Shown: piece after piece, positions 16,102 through 24,640 of the stretch | How the letters are laid out: every line of letters starts with the position of its first letter | Position numbering within the stretch: the stretch's first letter is position 1 | Assembly: GCA_963836595.1 (NCBI GenBank) | Contig: CAWIKC010000004.1 | Span: forward strand, 757,536-789,535 | DNA length: 32,000 nt | Origin: Bryobacterales bacterium | GTDB taxonomy: Bacteria > Acidobacteriota > Terriglobia > Bryobacterales > Bryobacteraceae | Reading direction: 5' to 3' | The notes under the pieces: model-generated | What the model was told of the DNA's origin: nothing | The model's input: the letters and a program-made list of their open reading frames with translations, nothing else | Database searches by the model: none | Made by a program: the position numbers and the translations under genes

Positions 16102-16792
16102 GGGGCTGATTTTGTTTGTAGCGGCCGAAGCCCGCGAGTTTGTTGGATTCATGCAAAAGGTGGAAAAATCGGAGCGGCTCTCCTGGCCTGTGCAGTTCGC
16201 ACGGCGAGTGGAATATCGCGGAAGGGTAGCCGTGCTGGCGGCCAACGGTCCGGGATCGCAACTGGCCGGGCAAGCGGTATGCGCGGTAGCGGAGCGGGAA
16301 CCGGTCACATCTGTCGTTAGCACCGGGTTTTGCGGTGGACTGGATCCCACGCTCGCGCCTGGCGACATCTTCGTCGCGCGGGAACTGATCGGGCTCGGAC
16401 CAGTGGTTGCGCCCGAGCATCCTAAAGGGCGCGCCTCGACCGGCGCATTGATCTCGATCAACCGCGTGGCGGTTACCGTCGCTGAGAAAACGGAACTTCG
16501 CAAAGCCGGGGGCGATGCGGTGGAGATGGAAGCGGCTGGCGTCGCCGAGGCCGCTCAGCGCCTGTCCCTCCCGTTCTATTGCGTGCGCGTGGTCACGGAT
16601 ACGGCCGGCGAGAATCTGCCGCTCGATTTCAATCGCATGCGCGACGGCGAAGGCCGTTTCAGCCGGATGCATATCGTCGCCGCGGGTTTGCGCAACCCGG
16701 CAGTGGTTTTTCCGCAACTGATGAAGCTCAATGAACGTTGTAAAAGCGCGTCCAAAGCCTTGGGAGAATTCCTTGCCAACTGCCGCTTCTGA
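16094..16792 (+). CDS. hpnG: Hopanoid-associated phosphorylase/nucleosidase (adenosylhopane nucleosidase family)
   Basis: PNP_UDP_1-like landmarks STGFCGGL, GGDAVEMEAAGVA, VRVVTD. The start overlaps the hpnA stop (ATGTCTGA, 16094-16101). It sits in the canonical position beside shc/hpnA. Confidence 0.85.
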   Translation: MSEGLILFVAAEAREFVGFMQKVEKSERLSWPVQFARRVEYRGRVAVLAANGPGSQLAGQAVCAVAEREPVTSVVSTGFCGGLDPTLAPGDIFVARELIGLGPVVAPEHPKGRASTGALISINRVAVTVAEKTELRKAGGDAVEMEAAGVAEAAQRLSLPFYCVRVVTDTAGENLPLDFNRMRDGEGRFSRMHIVAAGLRNPAVVFPQLMKLNERCKSASKALGEFLANCRF

Positions 16793-16799
16793 AGTCACC

Positions 16800-17879
16800 A
16801 TGCAGGCCGCGGTTTATACCGGCAACGGCGCCATAGCCGTACAGGTGGTCCCGGTGCCCGAGATTGGGCGCGGCGAGATTCTGATCCGCGTCGAAGCCTG
16901 CGGCATTTGCCACACCGATCTCAAGAAAATCGAGTACGATCTGTTGCCGCCCCCACGCATCTACGGCCACGAAACCGCTGGAGTCGTGACCGCCGTGGGA
17001 GCGGGCGTCGCCAAGTATGCGCCTGGCGATCGCGTGATTGTGTTCCATCACATCCCCTGCATGCAATGCTTTTATTGCCGGCACAAACTGTATGCCCAAT
17101 GCGCGGTCTATAAGAAAGTAGGCGTCACGGCGGGCTATGAAGCCGCGGGCGGCGGATTTTCTCAGTATGTCCGGGTCATGGATTGGATCGTAGAGCGCGG
17201 CGTCGAGAAGATTCCCGCCGGCGTGTCGTTCGAACAGGCAAGTTTTGTCGAGCCGGTGAACACCTGCGTCAAGGCCATGGCGCAAATGGATTTCAAGCCC
17301 GGGGACGTGGCTGTCATCCTCGGACAAGGTCCCATCGGCTTGATTTTTACGATGCTGGGCAAGCGCGCTGGCGTCACCATGCTGGCGACCGACGGCATGC
17401 CGCATCGCCGGGAATTGGCGGTTCGCTTTGGCGTAGCGGCCGCCTTCGCGCCCAATGACGCCGCGCTCGAACAAACCATTGCCCAGACCACCGGCGGACG
17501 GGGCGCCGACGCGGTGATCGTGGCTGCATCCGCGCCGGGAATCGTCGAACAGGCGGTTCGCTACTCGCGGCCTGGCAGCCGGATTCTGCTGTTCGCGCAA
17601 ACCTCTCATAAAGAGCGCGTAGACTTGTCCGGCGCCGACATCTGCGTGGGCGAGAGGACGTTATTTGGCTCCTACAGCGCCTCCGTTGACCTGCAAAAGG
17701 AGTCCGCCGATCTCGTTTTCGGAGGAGAGTTGCCGGTTACGGAGTTGATCTCCCATCGTTTTTCTTTAGGAAAAATCCGACTCGGGATCGATCTAGCGTT
17801 GCATCCTGAGCCGCAATCCTTGAAAATAGTTATTAACCCGCAAGATACCAACGGGTGGGATGCTCACAGTGACAGGTAA
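16800..17879 (+). CDS. Zn-dependent alcohol/polyol dehydrogenase (MDR superfamily), copy 1
   Basis: ATG is 7 nt after the hpnG stop. Catalytic Zn context GICHTD / GHETAG / EPVNTC, structural Zn cluster CMQCFYCRHKLYAQC, GQGPIG nucleotide fold followed by ...MLATDG. Confidence 0.85.
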   Translation: MQAAVYTGNGAIAVQVVPVPEIGRGEILIRVEACGICHTDLKKIEYDLLPPPRIYGHETAGVVTAVGAGVAKYAPGDRVIVFHHIPCMQCFYCRHKLYAQCAVYKKVGVTAGYEAAGGGFSQYVRVMDWIVERGVEKIPAGVSFEQASFVEPVNTCVKAMAQMDFKPGDVAVILGQGPIGLIFTMLGKRAGVTMLATDGMPHRRELAVRFGVAAAFAPNDAALEQTIAQTTGGRGADAVIVAASAPGIVEQAVRYSRPGSRILLFAQTSHKERVDLSGADICVGERTLFGSYSASVDLQKESADLVFGGELPVTELISHRFSLGKIRLGIDLALHPEPQSLKIVINPQDTNGWDAHSDR

Positions 17880-17880
17880 C

Positions 17881-18909
17881 ATGACGGCCGCAGTGCTCTA
17901 CGGCAAAGAGCATGTGCGGATTGAAACGGTACCAGTACCTCAGGTCGGACCCAACGACGTACTGGTGCGCGTCAAGACGGCTCTCACTTGCGGCACGGAC
18001 GTCAAGGTGTTCCGCCGTGGGTATCACGCCCGCATGATCGTTCCTCCGGCGCTATTCGGACACGAACTTGCCGGGGACATTGTGGCGCTCGGCACGGCCG
18101 TGAGCAAATTCCACATTGGCCAGCGCGTAGTGGCGGCCAATTCGGCGCCCTGTGGCGAGTGCTTTTTTTGCCAGCGCGGTAGCGAGAACCTGTGCGACGA
18201 TCTGCTGTTCAACAACGGCGCCTATGCGGAATATATCCGCATTCCTGGCCGAATCGTCGAGCGCAATTTGTATGAGATTCCGGCGCATCTGGATTACCGG
18301 GCCGCTGCCTTAGTCGAACCGCTGGCCTGCGTCGTGAGAGGGCTGGACGAAACAAAAATTCAATGTGGCGACAATCTTGTCATCATGGGCTTGGGCCCGA
18401 TCGGGTCGATGTTCGTTCGCCTGGGGCAAGTTTATGGAGCGCGCGTGATTGCGGTTGGCCGCCGCAAATCGCAACTGGATCGCGCCCGCAAACTGGGCGC
18501 GGCCGAATGCGTTCTTTCCGATGGGGTCAATGACGCGCTGGCGGACGTGAAACAGTTGACCGGGGGGCGTGGCGCCGACGTGGTGATTGAAGCGGTCGGG
18601 CTGCCGGAAACCTGGGAGTTAGCGGTTCGCATGCTGCGCCGGGGAGGTACAGTCAATTTCTTCGGAGGCTGTCCCAGCGACAGCCAGGTCGCGATCGATA
18701 CCCAGCTTCTGCATTATTCCGAACTCACCTGTATGGCCACGTTCCATCACACGCCCAAACATATTCGCAAGGCGCTCGAACTCGTGAGTAGCGGCCAGAT
18801 TACCGCTGGAGATTTTATCAATCGCGAGGAACCGCTCACGAACTTGCTGGAGGTGATGCACCACCTCATGAGCCACAACGGCCATTTAAAAACGGCTATC
18901 ATCCCCTAG
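17881..18909 (+). CDS. Zn-dependent alcohol/polyol dehydrogenase (MDR superfamily), copy 2
   Basis: ATG is 1 nt after the previous stop. TCGTD / GHELAG / EPLAC, structural Zn cluster CGECFFCQRGSENLC, GLGPIG nucleotide fold followed by ...IAVGRRKS (basic, NADP-type by analogy). Confidence 0.85.
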   Translation: MTAAVLYGKEHVRIETVPVPQVGPNDVLVRVKTALTCGTDVKVFRRGYHARMIVPPALFGHELAGDIVALGTAVSKFHIGQRVVAANSAPCGECFFCQRGSENLCDDLLFNNGAYAEYIRIPGRIVERNLYEIPAHLDYRAAALVEPLACVVRGLDETKIQCGDNLVIMGLGPIGSMFVRLGQVYGARVIAVGRRKSQLDRARKLGAAECVLSDGVNDALADVKQLTGGRGADVVIEAVGLPETWELAVRMLRRGGTVNFFGGCPSDSQVAIDTQLLHYSELTCMATFHHTPKHIRKALELVSSGQITAGDFINREEPLTNLLEVMHHLMSHNGHLKTAIIP

Positions 18910-19116
18910 CCCAACCAACACTGTTCACTTAACAGATTAAACGGGCCGACGGCTCTTTTCGACCCGGAGGAAATCGGATTCGACTTCCCAGAAATGCCGG
19001 AGCAGGCGGAAGAGTTGAGATTGGGGCGGCATTCGCGACGATCTTGGTCAATTAAGCCGTCAGGGTGGAGCCCGAAGTGCATTCCCCTACGTGCTTCAGG
19101 AAAATAAGCTGGAGTG

Positions 19117-19188
19117 ATATATCTCTCTCCGGTGTCGGCCCGTCGCGCGGGACGCGTGGACCCTATTACGGCCTTGCGAACCAAATAA
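19117..19188 (+). pseudogene. 3'-terminal remnant of an ADOP/FtsX-type permease gene
   Basis: Translates to IYLSPVSARRAGRVDPITALRTK*, against ...NYLPARRAGRVDPITALRTE* at the end of the intact permease (22380). The downstream TGTGACA motif is also shared. An in-frame stop lies immediately upstream. Confidence 0.6.
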
Positions 19189-19223
19189 CGTTGTGACAAA
19201 AAACCACTATCAGCGAAACTCTT

Positions 19224-19502
19224 ATGAACGAAACAACGAGCTATCCATACGAAACGCGTTTAAACATTCACTACCAACAGGGCGAAGTGATCGACGAGCG
19301 GGCGCTCGCCGACGCCTGCGCCTACAAGTGGTATAACCAAACGCTTGGCCAAGTGAACGAATCGGTGGTTCGCCTGGGCGTAGTACAAGGCGAGTATCAC
19401 TGGCACAAGCACGACGATGACGACGAGTTTTTCTACGTGGTCGAGGGAAAGCTGCTGGTCGACCTGCACGACCGCGCGGCCGAACTCGCGCCACGACAGT
19501 AG
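19224..19502 (+). CDS. Small cupin-fold protein, probably 3'-truncated by a frameshift
   Basis: GEYHWHKHDDDDEFFYVVEGKLLVDL is a cupin motif-1 region. The ORF stops at ELAPRQ*, where cupins normally continue. A shifted frame downstream reads VDQVSVPRRPAHH, resembling the missing VPRGxxH strand. Confidence 0.45.
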   Translation: MNETTSYPYETRLNIHYQQGEVIDERALADACAYKWYNQTLGQVNESVVRLGVVQGEYHWHKHDDDDEFFYVVEGKLLVDLHDRAAELAPRQ

Positions 19503-19893
19503 AGTTGACCAAGTATCTGTACCCCGGAGGCCAGCTCACCATTGAATCCCGCTGTTGATGGCATGACCAAGAGGCTGGCATCCCTACCGGGGTGCGGAAC
19601 TTTGATTTCGATTTCCTGTGGTGTCGCAAACTGCGCTCCACCACCGGCTACACGCGGCGATCCCTCCGGGATGAAAAAGCGGCCACGTGCTAGCTTATCT
19701 TAATGCCTATTAAGGTAGGCAGAATGCCCACCCGCTCGTCCACTGGCACTGTCCGATCCCGAAACATGCCATCCCGGCAATGGACATCACCACAAGCGCT
19801 TGACGCATCTCGATCCCCTAAAATCACCGATTAGCCGGAGGCAACGAAGGAACCCAACTTGCATCCCAAGGATACTTGTCCCTGGGAGGCCCC

Positions 19894-22380
19894 ATGAATC
19901 TCTGGCAAGACGTCCGCTTCGCGTTGAGAACCATGTGGAAGTCGCCGCGCATCACCGCGACGGTGTTGCTCACCTTGGCGCTCGGGATCGGCGCCAATAC
20001 CGCGATCTTCAGTGTCGTGAACGCGACCCTTTTCCGGCCCCTCCCGTTTCATGATCCGGAGCAATTGGTCGTATTGCACGCCGATCTGCGAGGGCTGGGC
20101 GCAAATAGCGTCGGCTTTTCCGTTCCGGAGCTCGACGACCTGCGGGATCGCGCCGGCGTTTTCTCGGCGGTCTCGGCTGTATATCAAGGGCCGGGCAACT
20201 TGACCGGCGGTGAGCATCCCGAGCGACTGGAGAGTGGGGTGGTCAGTCCCAATTATTTCAGTATTCTCGGGGCGCGCCCGCAACTCGGCCGCCTGTTCGA
20301 CCCCGGCGACACCGCGCCAGGATTCGGCGATGCCGTGGTGATCACCGATGGCCTGTGGCGCCGCGAGTTCGGAGGAGAACGCTCCGTCCTCGGCCATCGA
20401 ATGCGGCTCGATACCGATCTGTACACCATCGTGGGCGTACTTCCGCCGGACTTTCGGAATCCCTCATCGGCTGGCGCTGTTCCGGTGGAAGTATACGTCA
20501 CTGCGGGATTTCGCGGGGATCCGTTTCCGCCGCCGCAACGTAGCGCGCGATTTTTGCCGGGCATCATCGGCCGGTTGAAACCGGGGATGACGCTCGCCCA
20601 GGCCCAGGCCAAGCTGGCCACCTTCAGTGATTCGCTGCGCCGGGACTATGGCAGCGATTATCCGGCCGGCGCAGGCTGGACGCTTTCCGTGACTCCGTTG
20701 AAGGAAGTCGTGGTCGGCAACACGCGGACGCTGCTGATTTCGCTCTTGCTGGCGGTGGCGTTCATTCTGTTGATCGCCTGCGTGAATGTAGCGAATCTTC
20801 TGTTAGCCAGCGCGTCGGCGCGGCAGCGGGAGATCGCCGTGCGCCTGGCGTTGGGCGCGAGCCGCGCGAGAATTGTCCGGCAACTGCTCACCGAATCGGC
20901 AGTCCTGAGTCTCTTTTCGGCGGCGGCCGGCGTCGCCGCTGCGACGCTCGGTTTGCAGTCGCTGATCGCCATGTTGCCGTCGCAACTTCCGCGCCTCAAC
21001 GACATTCATGTCGATGCGGGCGTGCTGGCGTTTTCTCTCACGCTCTCCTTGCTCACCACCGTGCTCTTCGGACTGGTGCTGGCGTTCCAAGCCGGAAAGG
21101 TGGAACCATCGCTTTCCGGATTGCGCGAGCGCGGCAGTTCCGGATCGCGGCACGACAGCAAAGTCCGCCAGGTGCTCATTGGCGCGGAAGTCGCATTGTC
21201 GTTGATGCTTTTGGTCGGCGCGGGGGTGTTGCTGCGGACGATCTGGAATCTTCTGCAAGTGAATCCGGGGTTCAACTCGCAGCATTTGGTCGCGGGAAGC
21301 GTTTCGTTGCCGGTGCCCAATGACCCCAAGGCAGACATTTACGACAAGCTCGAAACGCGCACCGCACTCGTTCGTGAGACGGTGCGGCGCCTTCGCGCCC
21401 TGCCGGGCGTGGAGAACGCGGCGTTGTCCAGCGTGGTACCCCTGCAGGGCGCGCTGCGGCAAAACGGATACCGCGTGGAAGGCGCCCCCGAAAGCGGCGA
21501 CGCTCCCACAGCGGTTCCCGTATCCGTGACGCCCGAATTCTTTCGGACCATCGGCGCGCCGCTGGTTCGGGGACGGGTGATTCAGGATACGGATGACAAG
21601 CAATCACGCTTGGTCGTGCTGGTCGATGAGACCGCGGCGCGCCATTTCTGGGGCGCGCAGGATCCCCTTGGAAAGCGGATTCGTTCCGCGCGCAACACCC
21701 GCAGGGGCATCGTGCAGCCGGCGCCTTGGTTTACGGTGGTGGGCGTGGTCGGCAACGTGAAGTTGGCCAGCTTGGATGAAAAGGATGTTCCGCACGTTTA
21801 CACCAGCCTGTACCAGACGGCTGGGTACCAGACGCCTGGAAGGCTGATGGGCGTACTGGTTCGCGGCACGGGAGACCGCGCCATGCTCAGCCGTGCCGTG
21901 CCGCGCGAAATTCAGTCGGTGGATCCTAACTTACCGGTATCGCCGATCGTCGAAATGACCGAACTGATGCGCGCCGGCGTCGGCGATCGCCGCTTCGCGG
22001 CCTCGTTGCTGGCGTGCTTCGCCGTGGTAGCGCTATTGCTGATGAGTATCGGAGTGTACGGCGTAGCGTCGTATGCGATTGTGCGCCGCGAAAAGGAAAT
22101 CAGCATTCGCTCCGCGTTGGGAGCCACGCGCGGCCAATTGGTGCAAATGGTTTTGCGCGAGGGCATGGTTCCGATTCTGGCGGGGCTAGCGGTGGGAGCG
22201 GCCGGCGCCGCGCTTTCCGGCCATCTGCTAGCTACGTTGCTGTTCGAAGTGCGCTCCACCGACGCGAGCGTCTTCGCGGCGGCGGGAGTCACGCTGGTGG
22301 CGATCGGCATTCTGGCCAACTATCTGCCGGCCCGTCGCGCAGGACGCGTGGACCCGATTACGGCCTTGCGAACTGAATAA
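19894..22380 (+). CDS. ADOP-family duplicated orphan permease (MacB-like, two FtsX modules, no adjacent ATPase)
   Basis: N-terminus MNLWQDVRFALRTMWKSPRITATVLLTLALGIGANTAIFSVVNA. Two FtsX-type modules (..QREIAVRLALGASRARIV.. and ..EKEISIRSALGATRGQLV..), each after a large periplasmic segment. C-terminus YLPARRAGRVDPITALRTE. No ABC ATPase gene is in the window. Confidence 0.88.
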   Translation: MNLWQDVRFALRTMWKSPRITATVLLTLALGIGANTAIFSVVNATLFRPLPFHDPEQLVVLHADLRGLGANSVGFSVPELDDLRDRAGVFSAVSAVYQGPGNLTGGEHPERLESGVVSPNYFSILGARPQLGRLFDPGDTAPGFGDAVVITDGLWRREFGGERSVLGHRMRLDTDLYTIVGVLPPDFRNPSSAGAVPVEVYVTAGFRGDPFPPPQRSARFLPGIIGRLKPGMTLAQAQAKLATFSDSLRRDYGSDYPAGAGWTLSVTPLKEVVVGNTRTLLISLLLAVAFILLIACVNVANLLLASASARQREIAVRLALGASRARIVRQLLTESAVLSLFSAAAGVAAATLGLQSLIAMLPSQLPRLNDIHVDAGVLAFSLTLSLLTTVLFGLVLAFQAGKVEPSLSGLRERGSSGSRHDSKVRQVLIGAEVALSLMLLVGAGVLLRTIWNLLQVNPGFNSQHLVAGSVSLPVPNDPKADIYDKLETRTALVRETVRRLRALPGVENAALSSVVPLQGALRQNGYRVEGAPESGDAPTAVPVSVTPEFFRTIGAPLVRGRVIQDTDDKQSRLVVLVDETAARHFWGAQDPLGKRIRSARNTRRGIVQPAPWFTVVGVVGNVKLASLDEKDVPHVYTSLYQTAGYQTPGRLMGVLVRGTGDRAMLSRAVPREIQSVDPNLPVSPIVEMTELMRAGVGDRRFAASLLACFAVVALLLMSIGVYGVASYAIVRREKEISIRSALGATRGQLVQMVLREGMVPILAGLAVGAAGAALSGHLLATLLFEVRSTDASVFAAAGVTLVAIGILANYLPARRAGRVDPITALRTE

Positions 22381-22401
22381 GGATGTGACACAACATCCCT
22401 C

Positions 22402-22642
22402 AGGATCGTGCTGGCACCGGGCGCGCTGACGATCGCAATCGGTGTCGGCGCGGGACCGCTCGGCTCCGCGGCATTGACCAGGTTCCTTGGCGACGACAAT
22501 GCTCTTCGAGATTGCGCCGACGGACCCGATCATCTTCTGCGCCCTGGCGACGCTGCTGGACGGAGTTGCCGTGCTGGCGTGCCTGGCCCGCGTCCTGCGC
22601 GCCACACGCGTGGACCCGCTCGTTGCTTTGCGGCATGAATGA
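22402..22642 (+). pseudogene. 3' fragment of a second ADOP/FtsX permease with an internal frameshift
   Basis: Frame 1 reads ..IVLAPGALTIAIGVGAGPLGSAALTRFLGDD. After a +1 shift at ~22498 it reads MLFEIAPTDPIIFCALATLLDGVAVLACLARVLRATRVDPLVALRHE* (stop 22640-22642). This is the last TM hairpin and tail of an FtsX module, starting only ~20 nt after the intact gene. Confidence 0.7.
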
Positions 22643-23010
22643 CAAGAGCATGCGAAAAACAGTTTTGTTGTGGATGGGGATTTTGCAGATGGCCAATGGA
22701 CAGTCCGCGATCGGCAAGGCGAATGCCGAGCACTACACGCGGGGACAACGCTGTGACGGATGGTATTTCGTCAAGGATGACGAGATGACCGTGATCGAAG
22801 AAAGGATGCCGCCGGGAACCGCGGAAACCCTGCAGGTGCATGCCAAGTCGCGGCAGTTTTTCTACATCGCGGCTACTTTCAGCAATTTCCACAGGTGGAG
22901 GAGTCCGTTGAAGCTGTCCTTGTTGCCACGAGAGCGATTCCGATAGCCTTCTCATATGAGCGGCCTTCCTTTCCGAAAGCATCGCGATTCCTACCCGCAC
23001 GCCGAAAGTC
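22635..23010 (+). pseudogene. Cupin-fold gene, frameshifted
   Basis: ANAEHYTRGQRCDGWYFVKDDEMTVIEERMPPGTAETLQVHAKSRQFFYI matches a cupin family I recognise. After ~22870 the reading frame loses similarity. A shifted frame (..VEESVEAVLVATRAIPIA..ASRFL..) weakly continues the fold, but the motif-2 His is not evident. Confidence 0.5.
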
Positions 23011-23031
23011 CTGAACGACCAGCTCCGAAAC

Positions 23032-23484
23032 TTGCCGAAGCCGTGGGTTCACAGCAAGGATGATCCTGAACACTGGAGTCCGTTCGATTGCGGCGGACAC
23101 CTCATCCACGGCGAAAAGACCGATTGGAAGCCGCGCGTGAACATCATTCTCAAGCACAGACCCGCCGTCGCGTTCACGCCCTTCGATCGCTTCGCACAGC
23201 TCCGAGACAGCCAGGGGAAGGCGATCGTTGATTTGCTGGGCGAATTTGCGAATCTTCGCGCGAGCAACCTCAGTGATCTGCGACGCCTGCGACTGACTCG
23301 CTCTCAATTGGACCTCGCAGGCACGCACCGTGCCTTTGGCATCGTGACATTGCGCCAACGTCTCGCTACGCGGACGGTGCACGACCTGAACCACCTGAAC
23401 CAGATCAATCGCATGATGGCGGGACGCTACATGACGGAAGTCGGTCCCTGGTCGGCGTATCTTTCGATTCCTCGGCGTTCCTGA
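23032..23484 (+). CDS. DinB-family (DinB_2-like) metal-dependent protein, N-terminus possibly shortened
   Basis: WSPFDCGGHLIHGEKTDWKPRVNIIL ... FDRFAQL ... TVHDLNHLNQINRMMA ... GPWSAYL matches the four-helix DinB pattern. Only a TTG start is available; the in-frame upstream sequence back to 22960 has no ATG. Confidence 0.65.
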   Translation: MPKPWVHSKDDPEHWSPFDCGGHLIHGEKTDWKPRVNIILKHRPAVAFTPFDRFAQLRDSQGKAIVDLLGEFANLRASNLSDLRRLRLTRSQLDLAGTHRAFGIVTLRQRLATRTVHDLNHLNQINRMMAGRYMTEVGPWSAYLSIPRRS

Positions 23485-24640
23485 GACTAACGAAAAATCC
23501 ATAGGGACTTTCCGCCGGGCAACGGCGACGCATTCCTCCATTTCAAGGGTCATCCGACAGCGCGATCCTGACCCGGGCACGATGGCTCCTCCTCGGTTCC
23601 GGCCCATGCCCGTGCATCATAGCGAGCGCACAGATCCTTAAGATTATTGAGTTTCAGTCCCTCGATGACAGGGCGTGGATTTCAGCGAGCGAGCGAGCCG
23701 GAATGCGAATCAGTTCCGGCCAGAGAGGAAGTTCAACACTTGAGCATCCGACGCATAACCGGCAAAAATGTATCGGACTGACCTCCGGCACGGCGATCTG
23801 GGGTTGGTGGGGCAGGTAATGTAACGCGGGGACTGCAGGCTTGGTCTCTTTTCTAGAACCGCGAATCGGAGACCTACAAATCAATCGCTCCCCCCTGCAT
23901 TGCGCGGACAGCCACCCTCACGAGTGATCGGGCCACAGGCGAGGCTTAGTGGCTTAGCGCATCATTTGACGGTCGAGGATGGGAGCCGGCGCTTGATGAT
24001 TGCCGCGTTGCGATACGAAGGACAAGTTCGTGAAGGTCAACGGAACGGGACTATTCGAGCCGAGCGACTGCTTTACGTCGACTGGCTGGAGGAGCGTTCA
24101 CTGTCAGCTAATCCCACTGTGGTGACACCGAGTGACGGGTTCCTCGCTCCCGCCATCCGCGCCGATGGAAGAAATGTCGCCGCCGGCCGCGTCATTCTTC
24201 GCTGTAAAGAAGATTCGCGTAAACGCCGCGACCACAAGGGGAGGTACTTGCTGAGCCCGCCGCTGGTCATGCCCGAAAATACTTCGTGCTCCAGATATTA
24301 AGGGCTAACCGGACAACTGGCGCCAAAGCCTCTCGCCGCTCGACCATACAGACAAAGGTTCCGGTGGCGATTCTCAGAAGCCCGTTGTGAGTGACAGTGT
24401 CCTTTATCATTCACTTCCCGGAAACAGCTCGGTCTGCGCGCCGTGGACCGTCAGGAAAAGGATGACATCTGGATTCCTGGTCCCGCTTCCGACCGGGCCA
24501 GAAGCCAGAAAAGGCGATTCTGGGAGACGCTCCCGTGCTTGAGCTTAAGTGAACCATATTGCCCCAAGCCCCTAACGTCAGTGAGGAAGCAAGTAAGGCT
24601 CCCTCGCGGACCAGATCTCTAGCCGGTTATCCTAAAGCAA

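Noticed and set aside
15935-17609. Long minus-strand ORFs (288 aa and 293 aa) opposite hpnA/hpnG/ADH-1. Similar antisense ORFs occur at 3300-3971, 13811-14263, 14303-14884, 15292-15828, 20803-21603, 22879-23607 and 30150-30920.
   Set aside because: These are typical shadow ORFs of high-GC DNA. They are Arg/Ala/Gly/Pro-rich with no motifs, and each lies fully antisense to a gene with strong family signatures.
18906-19199. 97-aa minus-strand ORF after ADH-2
   Set aside because: No motifs, and it is antisense to the ADOP 3' remnant. It is more simply explained as intergenic or decayed DNA.
19800-19824. TTGACG ... TAAAAT as the ADOP promoter, with the CCTAAAAT motif also seen at 1395 and 2489 and, as CTAAAAT, upstream of the tRNA (29284-29290, minus)
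   Set aside because: The -35/-10 spacing here is only 13 nt. The 7-mer also occurs inside hpnC, and the count is too low to separate from chance without genome-wide statistics.
19881-19889. 9-nt match (CTGGGAGGC) to the tRNA-Gln 3' region as a possible distal att site
   Set aside because: A 9-mer match is expected by chance at this window size. The flanks do not extend the match, and the implied island would include hpnC/hpnD.
23900-24301. 133-aa plus-strand ORF upstream of hpnC
   Set aside because: The start is a non-ATG codon (TTG) with no obvious RBS. There are no recognisable domains, the composition is Arg-rich, and it sits in a region that looks decayed.
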